Made by a program: the position numbers and the translations under genes
Assembly: GCA_964551985.1 (NCBI GenBank)
Contig: CAZKFG010000003.1
Location: 3,821 to 67,820 of the forward strand
Origin: an uncultured Acidaminococcales bacterium
GTDB lineage: Bacteria; Bacillota; Negativicutes; Acidaminococcales; JAISLQ01
DNA length: 64,000 nucleotides
Direction: 5' to 3'
The notes under the pieces: generated by a model
The model's database searches: none
Told to the model about the DNA's origin: nothing
Seen by the model: the letters and a program-made list of their open reading frames with translations, nothing else
Shown: positions 19,240 through 29,256 of the stretch, piece after piece
How positions within the stretch are numbered: position 1 is the first letter of the stretch
Layout of the letters: the number at the start of each line of letters is the position of its first letter

Positions 19240-19755
19240 TTGGCTGAAGAAGAAAAAAAAGAAGTTGCAGAAGAGAAGAAATCAAAAATGCCTAAAATAC
19301 CAAAACCAAAATCATCTTTAGTTCTTATTGTTGTGCTTGTTGTGGTGGGTATTGTTTTAGCAGGTGGGATATCGTTTTTTGTTGCTGCTAAGATTGCAGG
19401 TGATAGAACTGTTACTGTAATTAAAAAACGTGAGCCTGGCGTTCTTATGCGTATTGGTGACTCTAAAGATGGTGTTGTGCTAAATATTGGTGGCACGACT
19501 GGTCGTTATTTGAAGATGGTCATGACTTTAGAGGTTGAGCCTGTTAAGGGTGCTGATGGTAAGGTTGCTGTTAGCCAACAAGACGAGATAAAGATTCAAG
19601 ATGCTACAATTAATTTTTTGCGTTCACAGAAAATTGATGCTTTTACTCCAGCTAATCAGGAAAAATTGAAAGAGGAAATTAAGACAGTTTTGAATAAAAA
19701 GCTAGGGTCTGATAGAGTTCTAGATGTTTTTATTACTAATGTTGTAATTCAATAA
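19240..19755 (+). CDS. fliL: Flagellar basal body-associated protein FliL
   Basis: 171 aa. It has a single N-terminal TM after a Lys/Glu-rich start, and the C-terminal FliL domain (...YLKMVMTLEV...IQDATINFLRSQKIDAF...VLDVFITNVVIQ). The start is TTG. Confidence 0.85.
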   Translation: MAEEEKKEVAEEKKSKMPKIPKPKSSLVLIVVLVVVGIVLAGGISFFVAAKIAGDRTVTVIKKREPGVLMRIGDSKDGVVLNIGGTTGRYLKMVMTLEVEPVKGADGKVAVSQQDEIKIQDATINFLRSQKIDAFTPANQEKLKEEIKTVLNKKLGSDRVLDVFITNVVIQ

Positions 19756-19791
19756 ATATTCTACATGTTTTAGCAGAAAGGAGGAATTTAT

Positions 19792-20793
19792 TTGGCAGGC
19801 GACGTTCTTTCTCAATCAGAAATAGATGAGTTATTATCTGCACTATCTACAGGGACTGTTTCGGCAGACGAGATACGTACAGAACAAGAGCAAAAGAAAA
19901 TAAAAATATATGATTTTAAGCGCCCAGATAAGTTTTCAAAAGATCAGATTAGAACTTTGTATATGATTCATGAAAATTTTGCAAGGTTGTTAAATACGTA
20001 TCTTTCTGCTCACTTACGTGCCTTGATAAATATAGAAGTTGCTTCAGTTGATCAATTGACTTATGAAGAATTTATAAGGTCGTTGCCAAATCCTACTGTT
20101 ATTAGTATTTTTCAAATGCCACCTTTAAAGGGTAATGCGGTTTTTGAGATAAATCCAGCACTTGTTTTTGCAATGATAGATAGGTTGTTTGGTGGTGTGG
20201 GAGGTAGTTTTTCAAAGTCTCGTTCTTTAACGGATATTGAAGAGGCTATTGTTGGTAGAGTTATGGTAAAGGCTCTAGAGCAGCTTCGCGAGGCTTGGGG
20301 TCAGGTTGTTGAGATAAAACCAAGGCTTGATACTATAGAGAATAATCCACAATTTACACAGGTTGTTCCTCCTAGTGATATGGTTGTTATAATAACTTTG
20401 CAGGCTAAAATACAGCAAACGGAAGGTCTTATGACTCTTTGTATTCCGTATTTTGTTTTAGAGCCTATAATGAATAAGCTTACAACTACTTTTTGGGTGG
20501 CTTCTTCTTCTAATAAAAAAGATGTCAAAGAAAGTAGTGCACTGCAAAAACGGTTGATTAAGACTCCGATACCGGTTAGTGTTGTGCTTGGTAAAACTTC
20601 TATTAATGTTTATGATTTGATGAGTTTGTCTAAAGGTGATGTTTTGCGGCTGGATTCTAAGTATGATGACGAACTATCTTTTGTTGCTGGTCAAAAGGAA
20701 AAATTTAAATGTCGACCAGGTTTGGCAGGGAAACATGTAGCTGTTCAAATAACACGAACATATGCTAATAAAGGAGATGATCAAGATGAATGA
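19792..20793 (+). CDS. fliM: Flagellar motor switch protein FliM
   Basis: The N-terminal CheY-P binding peptide LSQSEIDELLS is present, with a CheC-like middle domain and a C-terminal SpoA/FliN-like domain. Confidence 0.95.
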   Translation: MAGDVLSQSEIDELLSALSTGTVSADEIRTEQEQKKIKIYDFKRPDKFSKDQIRTLYMIHENFARLLNTYLSAHLRALINIEVASVDQLTYEEFIRSLPNPTVISIFQMPPLKGNAVFEINPALVFAMIDRLFGGVGGSFSKSRSLTDIEEAIVGRVMVKALEQLREAWGQVVEIKPRLDTIENNPQFTQVVPPSDMVVIITLQAKIQQTEGLMTLCIPYFVLEPIMNKLTTTFWVASSSNKKDVKESSALQKRLIKTPIPVSVVLGKTSINVYDLMSLSKGDVLRLDSKYDDELSFVAGQKEKFKCRPGLAGKHVAVQITRTYANKGDDQDE

Positions 20794-21928
20794 TGGATTG
20801 TTATCACAAGAAGAAATTAATGCATTATTAAATACAGATTCCACAGAACAAGCAACAGCTCCTGCCGATATAAGTAGTGACCTGTTGACAACGCAAGAGA
20901 AAGATGCATTAGGTGAAATAGGCAATATTTCTATGGGTAGTGCGGCTACAACATTGTCTATTTTGTTGAGTAATAAGGTTAATATAACTACACCTACAGT
21001 AGATGTAACTAAGATGGAGGCAATTCAAAATGAATATCCATTACCGTATTTAGTTATTGTTGTAGATTATACAAAAGGTCTTAAGGGTTCTAATATTTTT
21101 GCAATAAAGGAACATGATGCACTTATAATCGCTGATTTGATGATGGGTGGCGATGGAAGTAACCCGCCAACGGAATTGAACGAACTTTATATGAGCGCGG
21201 TTTCAGAGGCTATGAATCAGATGATGGGCGCTACAGCAACTTCAATGTCTACAATGTTTAAGGATACATTTGATATTGCACCGCCTAGAGTTTCTTTGGT
21301 TGATTTTTCTCAAAAGGATATAAGTGATATTTCTACTAAAGTTCAAGATCCAGTTGTCAAGGTTTCTTTCAGAATGGAAGTAGGAGATTTAATTGATTCT
21401 GATATAATGCAAATATTGACTCTTGATGTAGCGAAAAATTTAGTAACCAAATTGTATAAACCTAGTGAACCACCTGTACAGGCGTCGCAAGCGGCTCCAC
21501 AACCTAAAGTTGCAACACCAGCGGCTCCACAACAACAAAGACCACAAGTGTCGGCACAACAACCTATGTATACTCCACCGCCAATGGTATCATCTCACAT
21601 GGGCGCGAATGTTCCCGTTCAGCAAGTACAGTTTGCACCATTGACTCAACAAGGTATGCCTGCTATTGATGGTAATTTAGGATTGCTTTTAGATGTTCCG
21701 TTGCAAATTACTGTAGAGCTTGGTAGGACAAGAAAGCTTATTAGAGAAATTTTGGATTTAGGACCTGGTTCTGTAGTTGAATTGGATAAATTAGCGGGTG
21801 AACCAGTAGATGTGTTTGCTAATACTAAGCTTATTGCTAAAGGTGAAGTTGTTGTTATAGATGAGAATTTTGGTGTTAGGATAACTGAAATAGTAAGTCC
21901 ACTTGAAAGAATGAATACTTTACAATAA
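20786..21928 (+). CDS. fliY: Flagellar switch protein FliY (CheC-like phosphatase domain fused to FliN)
   Basis: It has the N-terminal LSQEEINALL peptide, the CheC-type motif EKDALGEIGNISMGSAAT, a P/Q-rich linker, and the C-terminal FliN domain LLLDVPLQITVELGRTRKLIREILDLGPGSVVELDK. The ATG at 20786 follows AGGAG and overlaps the fliM end. Confidence 0.92.
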   Translation: MNDGLLSQEEINALLNTDSTEQATAPADISSDLLTTQEKDALGEIGNISMGSAATTLSILLSNKVNITTPTVDVTKMEAIQNEYPLPYLVIVVDYTKGLKGSNIFAIKEHDALIIADLMMGGDGSNPPTELNELYMSAVSEAMNQMMGATATSMSTMFKDTFDIAPPRVSLVDFSQKDISDISTKVQDPVVKVSFRMEVGDLIDSDIMQILTLDVAKNLVTKLYKPSEPPVQASQAAPQPKVATPAAPQQQRPQVSAQQPMYTPPPMVSSHMGANVPVQQVQFAPLTQQGMPAIDGNLGLLLDVPLQITVELGRTRKLIREILDLGPGSVVELDKLAGEPVDVFANTKLIAKGEVVVIDENFGVRITEIVSPLERMNTLQ

Positions 21929-21970
21929 TGTGTTTAAAAAACTTTATTTTAAATTAAAGGAGAATTTTAA

Positions 21971-22333
21971 ATGGCTACAAGAGTACTAATTGTTGATGAT
22001 GCTGCTTTTATGAGAATGATGATTAAAGATATTTTATCTAAAAATGGTTTTGAAGTAGTTGGTGAAGCTGCTAATGGTAATGAAGGTATAGAAAAATATA
22101 AAGAATTGAGTCCAGAACTTACAACAATGGATATAACAATGCCAGAGATGGATGGAATATCTGCTGTAAAAGCGATTAAAGCTTTTGATCCTGCTGCTAA
22201 GATTATTATGTGTAGTGCTATGGGTCAACAGGCTATGGTTATTGAAGCAATCCAAGCAGGTGCGAAAGATTTTATTGTAAAACCTTTCCAGCCAGATCGC
22301 GTAGTTGAGGCAATGAGAAAAGCTTTAGGTTAA
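21971..22333 (+). CDS. cheY: Chemotaxis response regulator CheY
   Basis: A 120-aa single receiver domain. It has the DD pair (LIVDDAAFMR), the phospho-acceptor in TMDITMPEMDG, and a conserved Lys in FIVKPF. Confidence 0.93.
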   Translation: MATRVLIVDDAAFMRMMIKDILSKNGFEVVGEAANGNEGIEKYKELSPELTTMDITMPEMDGISAVKAIKAFDPAAKIIMCSAMGQQAMVIEAIQAGAKDFIVKPFQPDRVVEAMRKALG

Positions 22334-22336
22334 AAA

Positions 22337-22876
22337 ATGGTTTTGAAATGTTTTTTATCACTGGCTTTTACAAATATTTTTTTGACTAGCAAAATTGCTT
22401 TTGCGGCACAAGAAGTTGATAATACAAAATATTTAGAATATAAAAATACTGCTGTGACAGGTGCTACTTCTGTGACATCGACATTTTTTTATATTCTTAG
22501 TTTGATTTTAGTATTTGCTTTGGTTTTATTTTTGGCATATTTTGTTTCAAGATTTATTGGTAGCAAGTTTGGCTCGTCAAGGTTTTTGAGCTCTAGCAAT
22601 ATATTGTCTGTTATGCCAATTGAACAGAATAAAAAAATAATATTTGTAGAAATCAATAATAGTATTTTGGTACTAGGTATTACAGAAAACAACATTTCGC
22701 TTTTAAAGGAGATATCGGCTAGCGAAGATATTAAAAATTTGAAAGAAGATTTGTTGAATAATAAAATGACAGATGGTTTTTTAAATTATCAAACTAATAC
22801 ACTTGAAAACATACAAAAAAAGATAAAACCAATGCTCCGTAATTTACCAATAGGTAAAAAGGAAGATTTAAAATAA
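22337..22876 (+). CDS. fliO: Flagellar biosynthesis protein FliO/FliZ
   Basis: 179 aa with a signal-like N-terminus plus one TM (FFYILSLILVFALVLFLAYFVSRFIG). It lies immediately upstream of fliP. The assignment is by position and topology. Confidence 0.65.
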   Translation: MVLKCFLSLAFTNIFLTSKIAFAAQEVDNTKYLEYKNTAVTGATSVTSTFFYILSLILVFALVLFLAYFVSRFIGSKFGSSRFLSSSNILSVMPIEQNKKIIFVEINNSILVLGITENNISLLKEISASEDIKNLKEDLLNNKMTDGFLNYQTNTLENIQKKIKPMLRNLPIGKKEDLK

Positions 22877-23641
22877 ATGAATTTATACAGAATTGATAAG
22901 AAAACAACTCTTTTTTTTGGTATAGTATTTTTATTCTTTACACAAACAGTATTTGCAGCTCCTATGCCTTTGCCTAATATAAATATAGGAGTTGGCGATA
23001 CAAATAATCCGACAGATTTAGTTGTAAGTTTACAAATACTATTTGCGCTTACGATTTTAACATTAGCACCAGCTATAATAATAATGGTAACATCTTTTAC
23101 TAGAATTGTAGTGGTGCTTTCTTTTGTAAGAAATGCTCTAGGTACTCAACAGATGCCACCTAATCAGGTGCTTATGAGTCTAGCACTTTTTCTTACTTTT
23201 TTTACAATGAGTCCATATTTGTCTGAGATAAATACTAAAGCGTTGCAACCTTATTTAGCAGGTACAATTAATCAGGAAGTAGCTTTTACTGAGGCGGTAA
23301 AACCTATTCGGACATTTATGTTTAAACAAACAAGAGAAAATGATATAGCATTATTTGTAAATGTAGCAGATGCCAAAAGACCAGAAAGCCAAGAAGAGGT
23401 TTCGACACTAACTTTGATTCCTGCCTTTATGATAAGTGAATTAAAAACAGCTTTTCAGATTGGTTTTCTCATTTATATACCATTTATAGTAATAGATATG
23501 ATTGTTGCTACAACGCTTATGTCTATGGGTATGATGATGTTACCACCAGCAATGATTTCTTTGCCTTTTAAAATATTGCTTTTTGTTTTAGTTGATGGTT
23601 GGCATCTTATTATTAAATCACTTGTTGAGAGTTTTGCTTAA
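22877..23641 (+). CDS. fliP: Flagellar export apparatus protein FliP
   Basis: 254 aa. Conserved FliP motifs are present: LTILTLAPAIIIMVTSFTRIVVVLSFVRNALGTQQMPPNQVL and ELKTAFQIGFLIYIPFIVIDMIVATTLMSMGMMMLPP. Confidence 0.97.
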   Translation: MNLYRIDKKTTLFFGIVFLFFTQTVFAAPMPLPNINIGVGDTNNPTDLVVSLQILFALTILTLAPAIIIMVTSFTRIVVVLSFVRNALGTQQMPPNQVLMSLALFLTFFTMSPYLSEINTKALQPYLAGTINQEVAFTEAVKPIRTFMFKQTRENDIALFVNVADAKRPESQEEVSTLTLIPAFMISELKTAFQIGFLIYIPFIVIDMIVATTLMSMGMMMLPPAMISLPFKILLFVLVDGWHLIIKSLVESFA

Positions 23642-23652
23642 GGAGAAATGTT

Positions 23653-23922
23653 ATGAATTCAGACTATGCCATACAGATAGGTCAGGAAGCATTAATGTTA
23701 GTTATGTTAGTCTCTGCTCCTATGCTTGGACTTGGAATGTTAGTTGGTATTTTAGTTAGTGTTTTCCAAGCTACTACTCAAATTCAAGAACAAACGCTAG
23801 TTTTTATACCTAAAATAATAGCTGTCTTTGTGGCTATAGTTTTATTTGGCTCGACAATGATAAATATGCTTACATCTTTTACTGGTGAACTCTTTAGCAA
23901 AATTCCTTTAATGCTAAGGTAA
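23653..23922 (+). CDS. fliQ: Flagellar export apparatus protein FliQ
   Basis: 89 aa with two TM segments. The motif LVSVFQATTQIQEQTLVFIPKI is typical of FliQ. Confidence 0.95.
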   Translation: MNSDYAIQIGQEALMLVMLVSAPMLGLGMLVGILVSVFQATTQIQEQTLVFIPKIIAVFVAIVLFGSTMINMLTSFTGELFSKIPLMLR

Positions 23923-23932
23923 TTATAATATT

Positions 23933-24718
23933 ATGGAAATAATAGAATTTACTCAGAAAAATCTAGCCATTTTTTTACTTGTATTTACGCGTATAAGTGC
24001 TATTTTTGTTGCAGCACCAATATTTAGTAGTAGAAACATACCTGCTAGAGTTAGAGTTTTTATTGCTATTGTAATTGCCTTAATTATCGCTCCTATGGTA
24101 ATTCAAAAACAAACCTTGGCGATACCGGGAACTTTGCTAATGTATTTATTATGCGTAGTCACAGAATTTATTATTGGTGCTTGTATATCATTTGTTTTAA
24201 CTTTGTTTTTTACTATCATACAAGTATCTGGTGAATTGATGGACACACAAGTAGGCTTTGGTATTGTTAATGTAGTTGATCCACAATCAGGGTTGCAAAT
24301 GCCATTGATAGGTAATTTTTTACAAGCATTATTTACTTTAGTTTTTTTCATAACTGATTTACACCATGTTTTTTTGATGGGTTTGATTGATAGCTTTAGC
24401 ATATTACAAATAAATCAAGCGATAATACAACCAAATATGGCAATGCTAATTGTTGAATTATTTGTAAATATGTTTAAAACAGCTTTTCAAATAGCAGTAC
24501 CAATGCTTATGGTTACCTTGCTTGTAGATATTTCAATGGGTATGTTAGCAAGAACAATGCCGCAAATGAATGTTTTTGTTCTTGGCATTCCTTTAAAGAT
24601 AGCGGTTGGTCTTTTTATGCTAAGCGTATTTTTACCAACATATTTATATATATTAAAGGTGACTTATAATGGAGTTTCTACTAATATTGAAAAAATACTT
24701 GCCGCTTTTTTGGGATAA
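23933..24718 (+). CDS. fliR: Flagellar export apparatus protein FliR
   Basis: A 261-aa polytopic protein with FLLVFTRISAIFVAAPIF and GELMDTQVGFGIVNVVDPQSG motifs. Confidence 0.95.
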   Translation: MEIIEFTQKNLAIFLLVFTRISAIFVAAPIFSSRNIPARVRVFIAIVIALIIAPMVIQKQTLAIPGTLLMYLLCVVTEFIIGACISFVLTLFFTIIQVSGELMDTQVGFGIVNVVDPQSGLQMPLIGNFLQALFTLVFFITDLHHVFLMGLIDSFSILQINQAIIQPNMAMLIVELFVNMFKTAFQIAVPMLMVTLLVDISMGMLARTMPQMNVFVLGIPLKIAVGLFMLSVFLPTYLYILKVTYNGVSTNIEKILAAFLG

Positions 24719-25805
24719 AAAAGAAAAAATTATCTTTGACTTGCAGTTGTTTGCAGGTGAAAAAACCGAAGAGGCAACACCTAAAAGAAAAGAAGATGCC
24801 CGTAAAAAAGGTCAGGTTGCAAAAAGTATAGAGATAAACTCTGCACTGATTATATTGGTAGCATTTTATTTTTTGGATTTATATGGTTCAGTGATGATAA
24901 AAGAAATGAAGTCTGTTATGAGATATATGTTTACACAGTCTTCTACCATATCTTTAAATATAGAGAATATAAACAGCCTAATAATGTTTTTAATACTGAC
25001 ATTTTTAAAAATAGTACTTCCTATGATGTTAATGATTGCTGTAATTGGCATAGCAATAAATTATTTTCAAGTAGGCTTTATGTTTAATATGAGCCTTTTA
25101 ATGCCAGATATTAATAGAGTAAACCCAATTAGTGGTTTTGCTAGGGTGTTTTTATCAAAAACAGCGTTAGCTAATTTGGCAAAAGCACTATTAAAAATAC
25201 TTATAATAGGATATTTTATGTATTTGTTTATTTCAAAACAAATGTATATTCTACCAAAAATGTTTAGTAATGATGTTAATAATAGTGCTGCTTTTTTCGG
25301 ACAGCTAGTTATTGATCTTGGACTTAGAGTTGGTGGGGTAATGCTTGTAATTGCTTTGTTTGACTACTACTATCAGTGGTATACACATAAAGAAAGCATA
25401 AAAATGAGCAAACAAGAGGTAAAGGAAGAATACAAACAAACAGAAGGTAATCCACAAATAAAAAGCAAAATCAGAGCAAAACAGCGTGAAATGGCAATGC
25501 GTAGAATGATGCAAGAGGTGCCAAAAGCAGACGTAGTAATAACAAACCCTACACACTTTGCAGTTGCCTTAAAATATGAAAATGGTATGCCAGCACCAAT
25601 TTTGGTTGCTAAAGGGCAAGACAATATTGCTTTGAAAATCAGACAGGTAGCACAAGATAATAATGTAGTTGTTTTAGAAAACAAAACTTTAGCTAGAGCT
25701 TTATATGCAACTGTTGAAATAGGTTCTTATATACCATTTGAGCTTTATCAAGCTGTTGCAGAAGTACTTGCATATGTTTATAAATTAAAACGCAGACTAG
25801 CTTAA
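24669..25805 (+). CDS. flhB: Flagellar export switch protein FlhB
   Basis: It has the conserved N-terminus DLQLFAGEKTEEATPKRKEDARKKGQVAKS, four TM segments, and the NPTH autocleavage site (VVITNPTHFAVAL). The ATG at 24669 has the SD AAGGTGA and overlaps the fliR 3' end by 50 nt. There is no alternative canonical start before the conserved N-terminus. Confidence 0.93.
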   Translation: MEFLLILKKYLPLFWDKKEKIIFDLQLFAGEKTEEATPKRKEDARKKGQVAKSIEINSALIILVAFYFLDLYGSVMIKEMKSVMRYMFTQSSTISLNIENINSLIMFLILTFLKIVLPMMLMIAVIGIAINYFQVGFMFNMSLLMPDINRVNPISGFARVFLSKTALANLAKALLKILIIGYFMYLFISKQMYILPKMFSNDVNNSAAFFGQLVIDLGLRVGGVMLVIALFDYYYQWYTHKESIKMSKQEVKEEYKQTEGNPQIKSKIRAKQREMAMRRMMQEVPKADVVITNPTHFAVALKYENGMPAPILVAKGQDNIALKIRQVAQDNNVVVLENKTLARALYATVEIGSYIPFELYQAVAEVLAYVYKLKRRLA

Positions 25806-25836
25806 TTGTTTTATGTAAAAAAGGAGCTTTACAAAC

Positions 25837-27900
25837 TTGGAATATTCGCCGTCTTGGTTAACTAGAGTAACAAAATATAGTGATATTATTATAACTATGG
25901 CAGTGATTACTATAGTTGTTATGATGATAATCCCATTGCCACCAATTTTGTTAGACATACTTTTGACTACAAACATTACAATGGGGCTTATGATTATTAT
26001 GGTTTCTATATATAACACTGAGCCATTACAATTTTCTGTGTTCCCATCATTGTTACTTGTAACTACACTGTTCCGTTTAGCACTTAATGTATCGTCAACA
26101 AGACTTATTTTATTACACGGTTACGCTGGTGAAGTTATACAATCGTTTGGAGAATTTGTTGTTGGCGGTAACGCTGTTGTTGGGTTTATAGTATTTATCA
26201 TACTTATAATTATACAATTTCTTGTTATAACAAAAGGTGCCGAAAGGGTTGCAGAAGTAACGGCAAGGTTTACTCTTGATGCTATGCCAGGTAAGCAAAT
26301 GAGTATCGATGCAGACTTGAACTCTGGACTTATAACAGAAGCAGAAGCTAAAGCAAGACGTATTAAAATCCAACGTGAATCAGATTTTTATGGAGCAATG
26401 GATGGTGCTAGTAAGTTTGTAAAAGGTGATGCTATTGCTGCTATCATTATAGTTATAATCAACATTTTGGGTGGATTTATCATAGGCGTTTGGCAAAGAG
26501 ATATGACAATAGTCAGTGCTTTGCAGGCGTATACACTGCTTACCGTTGGTGAAGGTCTAGTAAATCAAATACCAGCACTTTTAATATCTACTGCAACAGG
26601 TATTATTGTAACTCGTGCTGCATCTGACTCTGATATGGGTCACGATGTGGCAAATCAATTGATTACAAAACCAAGAGTATTTTATATTACTGCGGTAGTA
26701 TTATTTTTACTTGCACTTGTACCGGGTCTTCCTTCAGCTCCTTTTTTAGCCATTGCTATAGTTTTAGGTTTAGTTGCCAGAACTTTGAGTAAAACTTTGA
26801 TTAGAGAAGAAGAAAACGAAATAGTTAGACAAGAAGAAAAAGAAATTGAAGAAATTAAAAAACCAGAAAATGTTGTATCTTTATTGCAAGTTGACCCAAT
26901 GGAACTAGAAATAGGTTATAGCCTTATTCCTATGGTTGATACTGCACAAGGTGGAGATTTGCTTGATCGTATAATCATGATTAGACGACAATGTGCATTA
27001 GAACTTGGTTTTGTTGTACCGACAATTCGCATAAGAGATAATATTCAATTAAAACCTAATGCTTATATAATAAAACTAAAAGGTGTAGAAATAGCAAAAG
27101 GTGAACTGTTGTTAGATCATTACTTAGCAATGAATCCAGGTCAAACGGAGTTTGACATTGATGGTATAGAAACACAAGAACCGGCATTTGGTTTACCAGC
27201 TATTTGGGTACCAGAAGATGAAAGAGAAAATGCTGAAATATTAGGTTACACTGTTGTTGACCCAATTTCTGTTTTGGCAACACATATTACTGAACTTATA
27301 AAAACCAACTCAGCAGAAATTCTTGGCAGACAAGACGTTCAAACACTTGTTGATTCTGTTCGTAGTAATTATCCGGCAGTTGTTGAAGAACTTATACCAA
27401 ATATTATTTCGCTTGGAGAGCTACAAAAAGTTTTAGCAGGGCTGCTACGTGAGAGAGTTTCCATTCGCAATCTTGTTACAATTTTTGAAACACTAGCAGA
27501 TTATGGTACATCAACCAAAGATATAGAACTTTTAACAGAATATACAAGACACGCTTTAGCAAGACAAATAAGCAAGCAATTTGTGCAAGATAATACCATC
27601 TACTGTCTCACTGTAGACATAGAAGCAGAAAATGCTATAATTCAATCTGTGCAAAGAACAGAACATGGTTCATATGTTAATTTAGAGCCAAAAGCAATGA
27701 ATGATTTTATTAATTCTATAAATCAAGAAATGCCAAAACTTACCAATATGGGTTATCAGCCAATAATACTAACAAATCCAAATGCAAGATTGTATGTTCG
27801 TAAACTTGTAGAACGTTCTGCACCTACACTTACAATTTTATCATACGCTGAATTAGAGCCTAAAACTGAAATTCATTCTGTAGGGATGGTGAGGATTTAA
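25837..27900 (+). CDS. flhA: Flagellar export gate protein FlhA
   Basis: 687 aa in the FHIPEP family. Motifs are FPSLLLVTTLFRLALNVSSTRLIL and RFTLDAMPGKQMSIDADL, plus the cytoplasmic C-domain. The start is TTG after AAAGGAG. Confidence 0.97.
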   Translation: MEYSPSWLTRVTKYSDIIITMAVITIVVMMIIPLPPILLDILLTTNITMGLMIIMVSIYNTEPLQFSVFPSLLLVTTLFRLALNVSSTRLILLHGYAGEVIQSFGEFVVGGNAVVGFIVFIILIIIQFLVITKGAERVAEVTARFTLDAMPGKQMSIDADLNSGLITEAEAKARRIKIQRESDFYGAMDGASKFVKGDAIAAIIIVIINILGGFIIGVWQRDMTIVSALQAYTLLTVGEGLVNQIPALLISTATGIIVTRAASDSDMGHDVANQLITKPRVFYITAVVLFLLALVPGLPSAPFLAIAIVLGLVARTLSKTLIREEENEIVRQEEKEIEEIKKPENVVSLLQVDPMELEIGYSLIPMVDTAQGGDLLDRIIMIRRQCALELGFVVPTIRIRDNIQLKPNAYIIKLKGVEIAKGELLLDHYLAMNPGQTEFDIDGIETQEPAFGLPAIWVPEDERENAEILGYTVVDPISVLATHITELIKTNSAEILGRQDVQTLVDSVRSNYPAVVEELIPNIISLGELQKVLAGLLRERVSIRNLVTIFETLADYGTSTKDIELLTEYTRHALARQISKQFVQDNTIYCLTVDIEAENAIIQSVQRTEHGSYVNLEPKAMNDFINSINQEMPKLTNMGYQPIILTNPNARLYVRKLVERSAPTLTILSYAELEPKTEIHSVGMVRI

Positions 27901-29255
27901 TGAAAGTTAGAATATTTAGTGCTCTTACCATGCAAGAAGCGATGAACCAAGTTAAAGAAACTTTAGGTCGTGATGCCATAATATTACACACTAGAAAATT
28001 TCGCAAAGGTGGTATAGGTGGATTTTTTGGTAGAGAAATGATAGAAGTTATGGCAGCTGTGGACAATGATATACAAACAACTACAAGCACAAGCAAATCT
28101 AAACAACAAGAAAAAAATAAAGAAAGACCAAGGCAAAAACATTCTCCCGTTGTTGTCAAATCACTATTAAAACCAGAAAAAAATATAAAAAAACTAGACA
28201 AAGAAACTATTTTAGAGGAAAATAATAGTAATAATATTAACCGGGAAGACAATACAATTGCTCAGATATTTAATGCCAATGCACAAGTAATGCAACCACT
28301 TCTCATTCCTCAACTAAAAAGTGATGAAAAAGTTGATGTTGTAGAACAAACATCTGTAGCCGTTGAAGAAAAGAAAATTATAGTTGTTGATAATCAGCCT
28401 AAAGACGAGGATTTAAAAGCAGAAATTACTGGTATGCGGTTTATGTTAGAACAACTTTTAGAAAAAACCAAGACACCACCAGACAATCCATGGTATGATT
28501 ATCTTATAAATAAAGATTTATCACCTAACTTTGCAGAGCAAATTTTAAAAGGTTTTCCATACTCACTTACAATGCTTAACAAAAACCCAGAGGCCACTAA
28601 AAAAATGCTTAGTGATAGACTGGAAAAATATATAAGAACTAATAGTGGTGTGGTTTTATCACAGCAAGAATGTACAAAAATTGCTTTAATTGGACCTACT
28701 GGCGTGGGAAAAACAACAACACTCGCTAAAATAGCTGCAAAATTCACGCTAGAAAATAATGCTGATGTTGCATTTATAACTTCAGATACTTACAGAATAG
28801 CAGCAGTTGAACAATTGAAAACTTATGCTAATATTTTAAATATACCACTTGATGTAGTTTATTCACCAAATGAAATGAGAAAATGCCTTGAAAAGCACAA
28901 AGATAAACAACTTGTACTAATTGATACAGCAGGAAGAAGTCAATACAATCAAGAGCAAATGGAAGAATTGAAGATATTATTGGAAGCTGATCAAACAATA
29001 AATAATTATCTTGTTTTAAGTAGTACAACTAAAAGTCAAGATGCTAGTGATATTATTGATAGATTTTCTTACTGTGGTTTTGAAAATATAATTTTCACCA
29101 AAATAGATGAAGCTAAAAATATAGGTAATATTTTTAATTTAATGCACCAATTTCCAGATATTTATATATCATATATAACAAATGGACAAAGCGTACCAGA
29201 TGACATTCACAATATAGATAGTAGCTATTTAACAAATATATTACTGAGGGATTAA
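27900..29255 (+). CDS. flhF: Flagellar SRP-type GTPase FlhF
   Basis: It has the NG domain with GPTGVGKTTTLAKIAA, DTAGRS and TKIDE motifs, and a basic/Lys-rich B-domain at the N-terminus. Confidence 0.93.
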   Translation: MKVRIFSALTMQEAMNQVKETLGRDAIILHTRKFRKGGIGGFFGREMIEVMAAVDNDIQTTTSTSKSKQQEKNKERPRQKHSPVVVKSLLKPEKNIKKLDKETILEENNSNNINREDNTIAQIFNANAQVMQPLLIPQLKSDEKVDVVEQTSVAVEEKKIIVVDNQPKDEDLKAEITGMRFMLEQLLEKTKTPPDNPWYDYLINKDLSPNFAEQILKGFPYSLTMLNKNPEATKKMLSDRLEKYIRTNSGVVLSQQECTKIALIGPTGVGKTTTLAKIAAKFTLENNADVAFITSDTYRIAAVEQLKTYANILNIPLDVVYSPNEMRKCLEKHKDKQLVLIDTAGRSQYNQEQMEELKILLEADQTINNYLVLSSTTKSQDASDIIDRFSYCGFENIIFTKIDEAKNIGNIFNLMHQFPDIYISYITNGQSVPDDIHNIDSSYLTNILLRD

Positions 29256-29256
29256 A

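Noticed and set aside
18890-19755. Absence of motA/motB after flbD, where spirochaetes and many Clostridia have flbD-motA-motB-fliL
   Set aside because: B. subtilis also has flgE-flbD(ylzI)-fliL with motAB encoded elsewhere, so this is a known arrangement and not an anomaly. Only the 155-bp spacer is reported.
24669-24718. 50-nt fliR/flhB overlap as a possible FliR-FlhB fusion or frameshift site
   Set aside because: The two genes are in different frames and each has a normal terminus. The flhB ATG has a good SD (AAGGTGA), and I saw no slippery heptamer. An ordinary overlapping start is the simplest reading.
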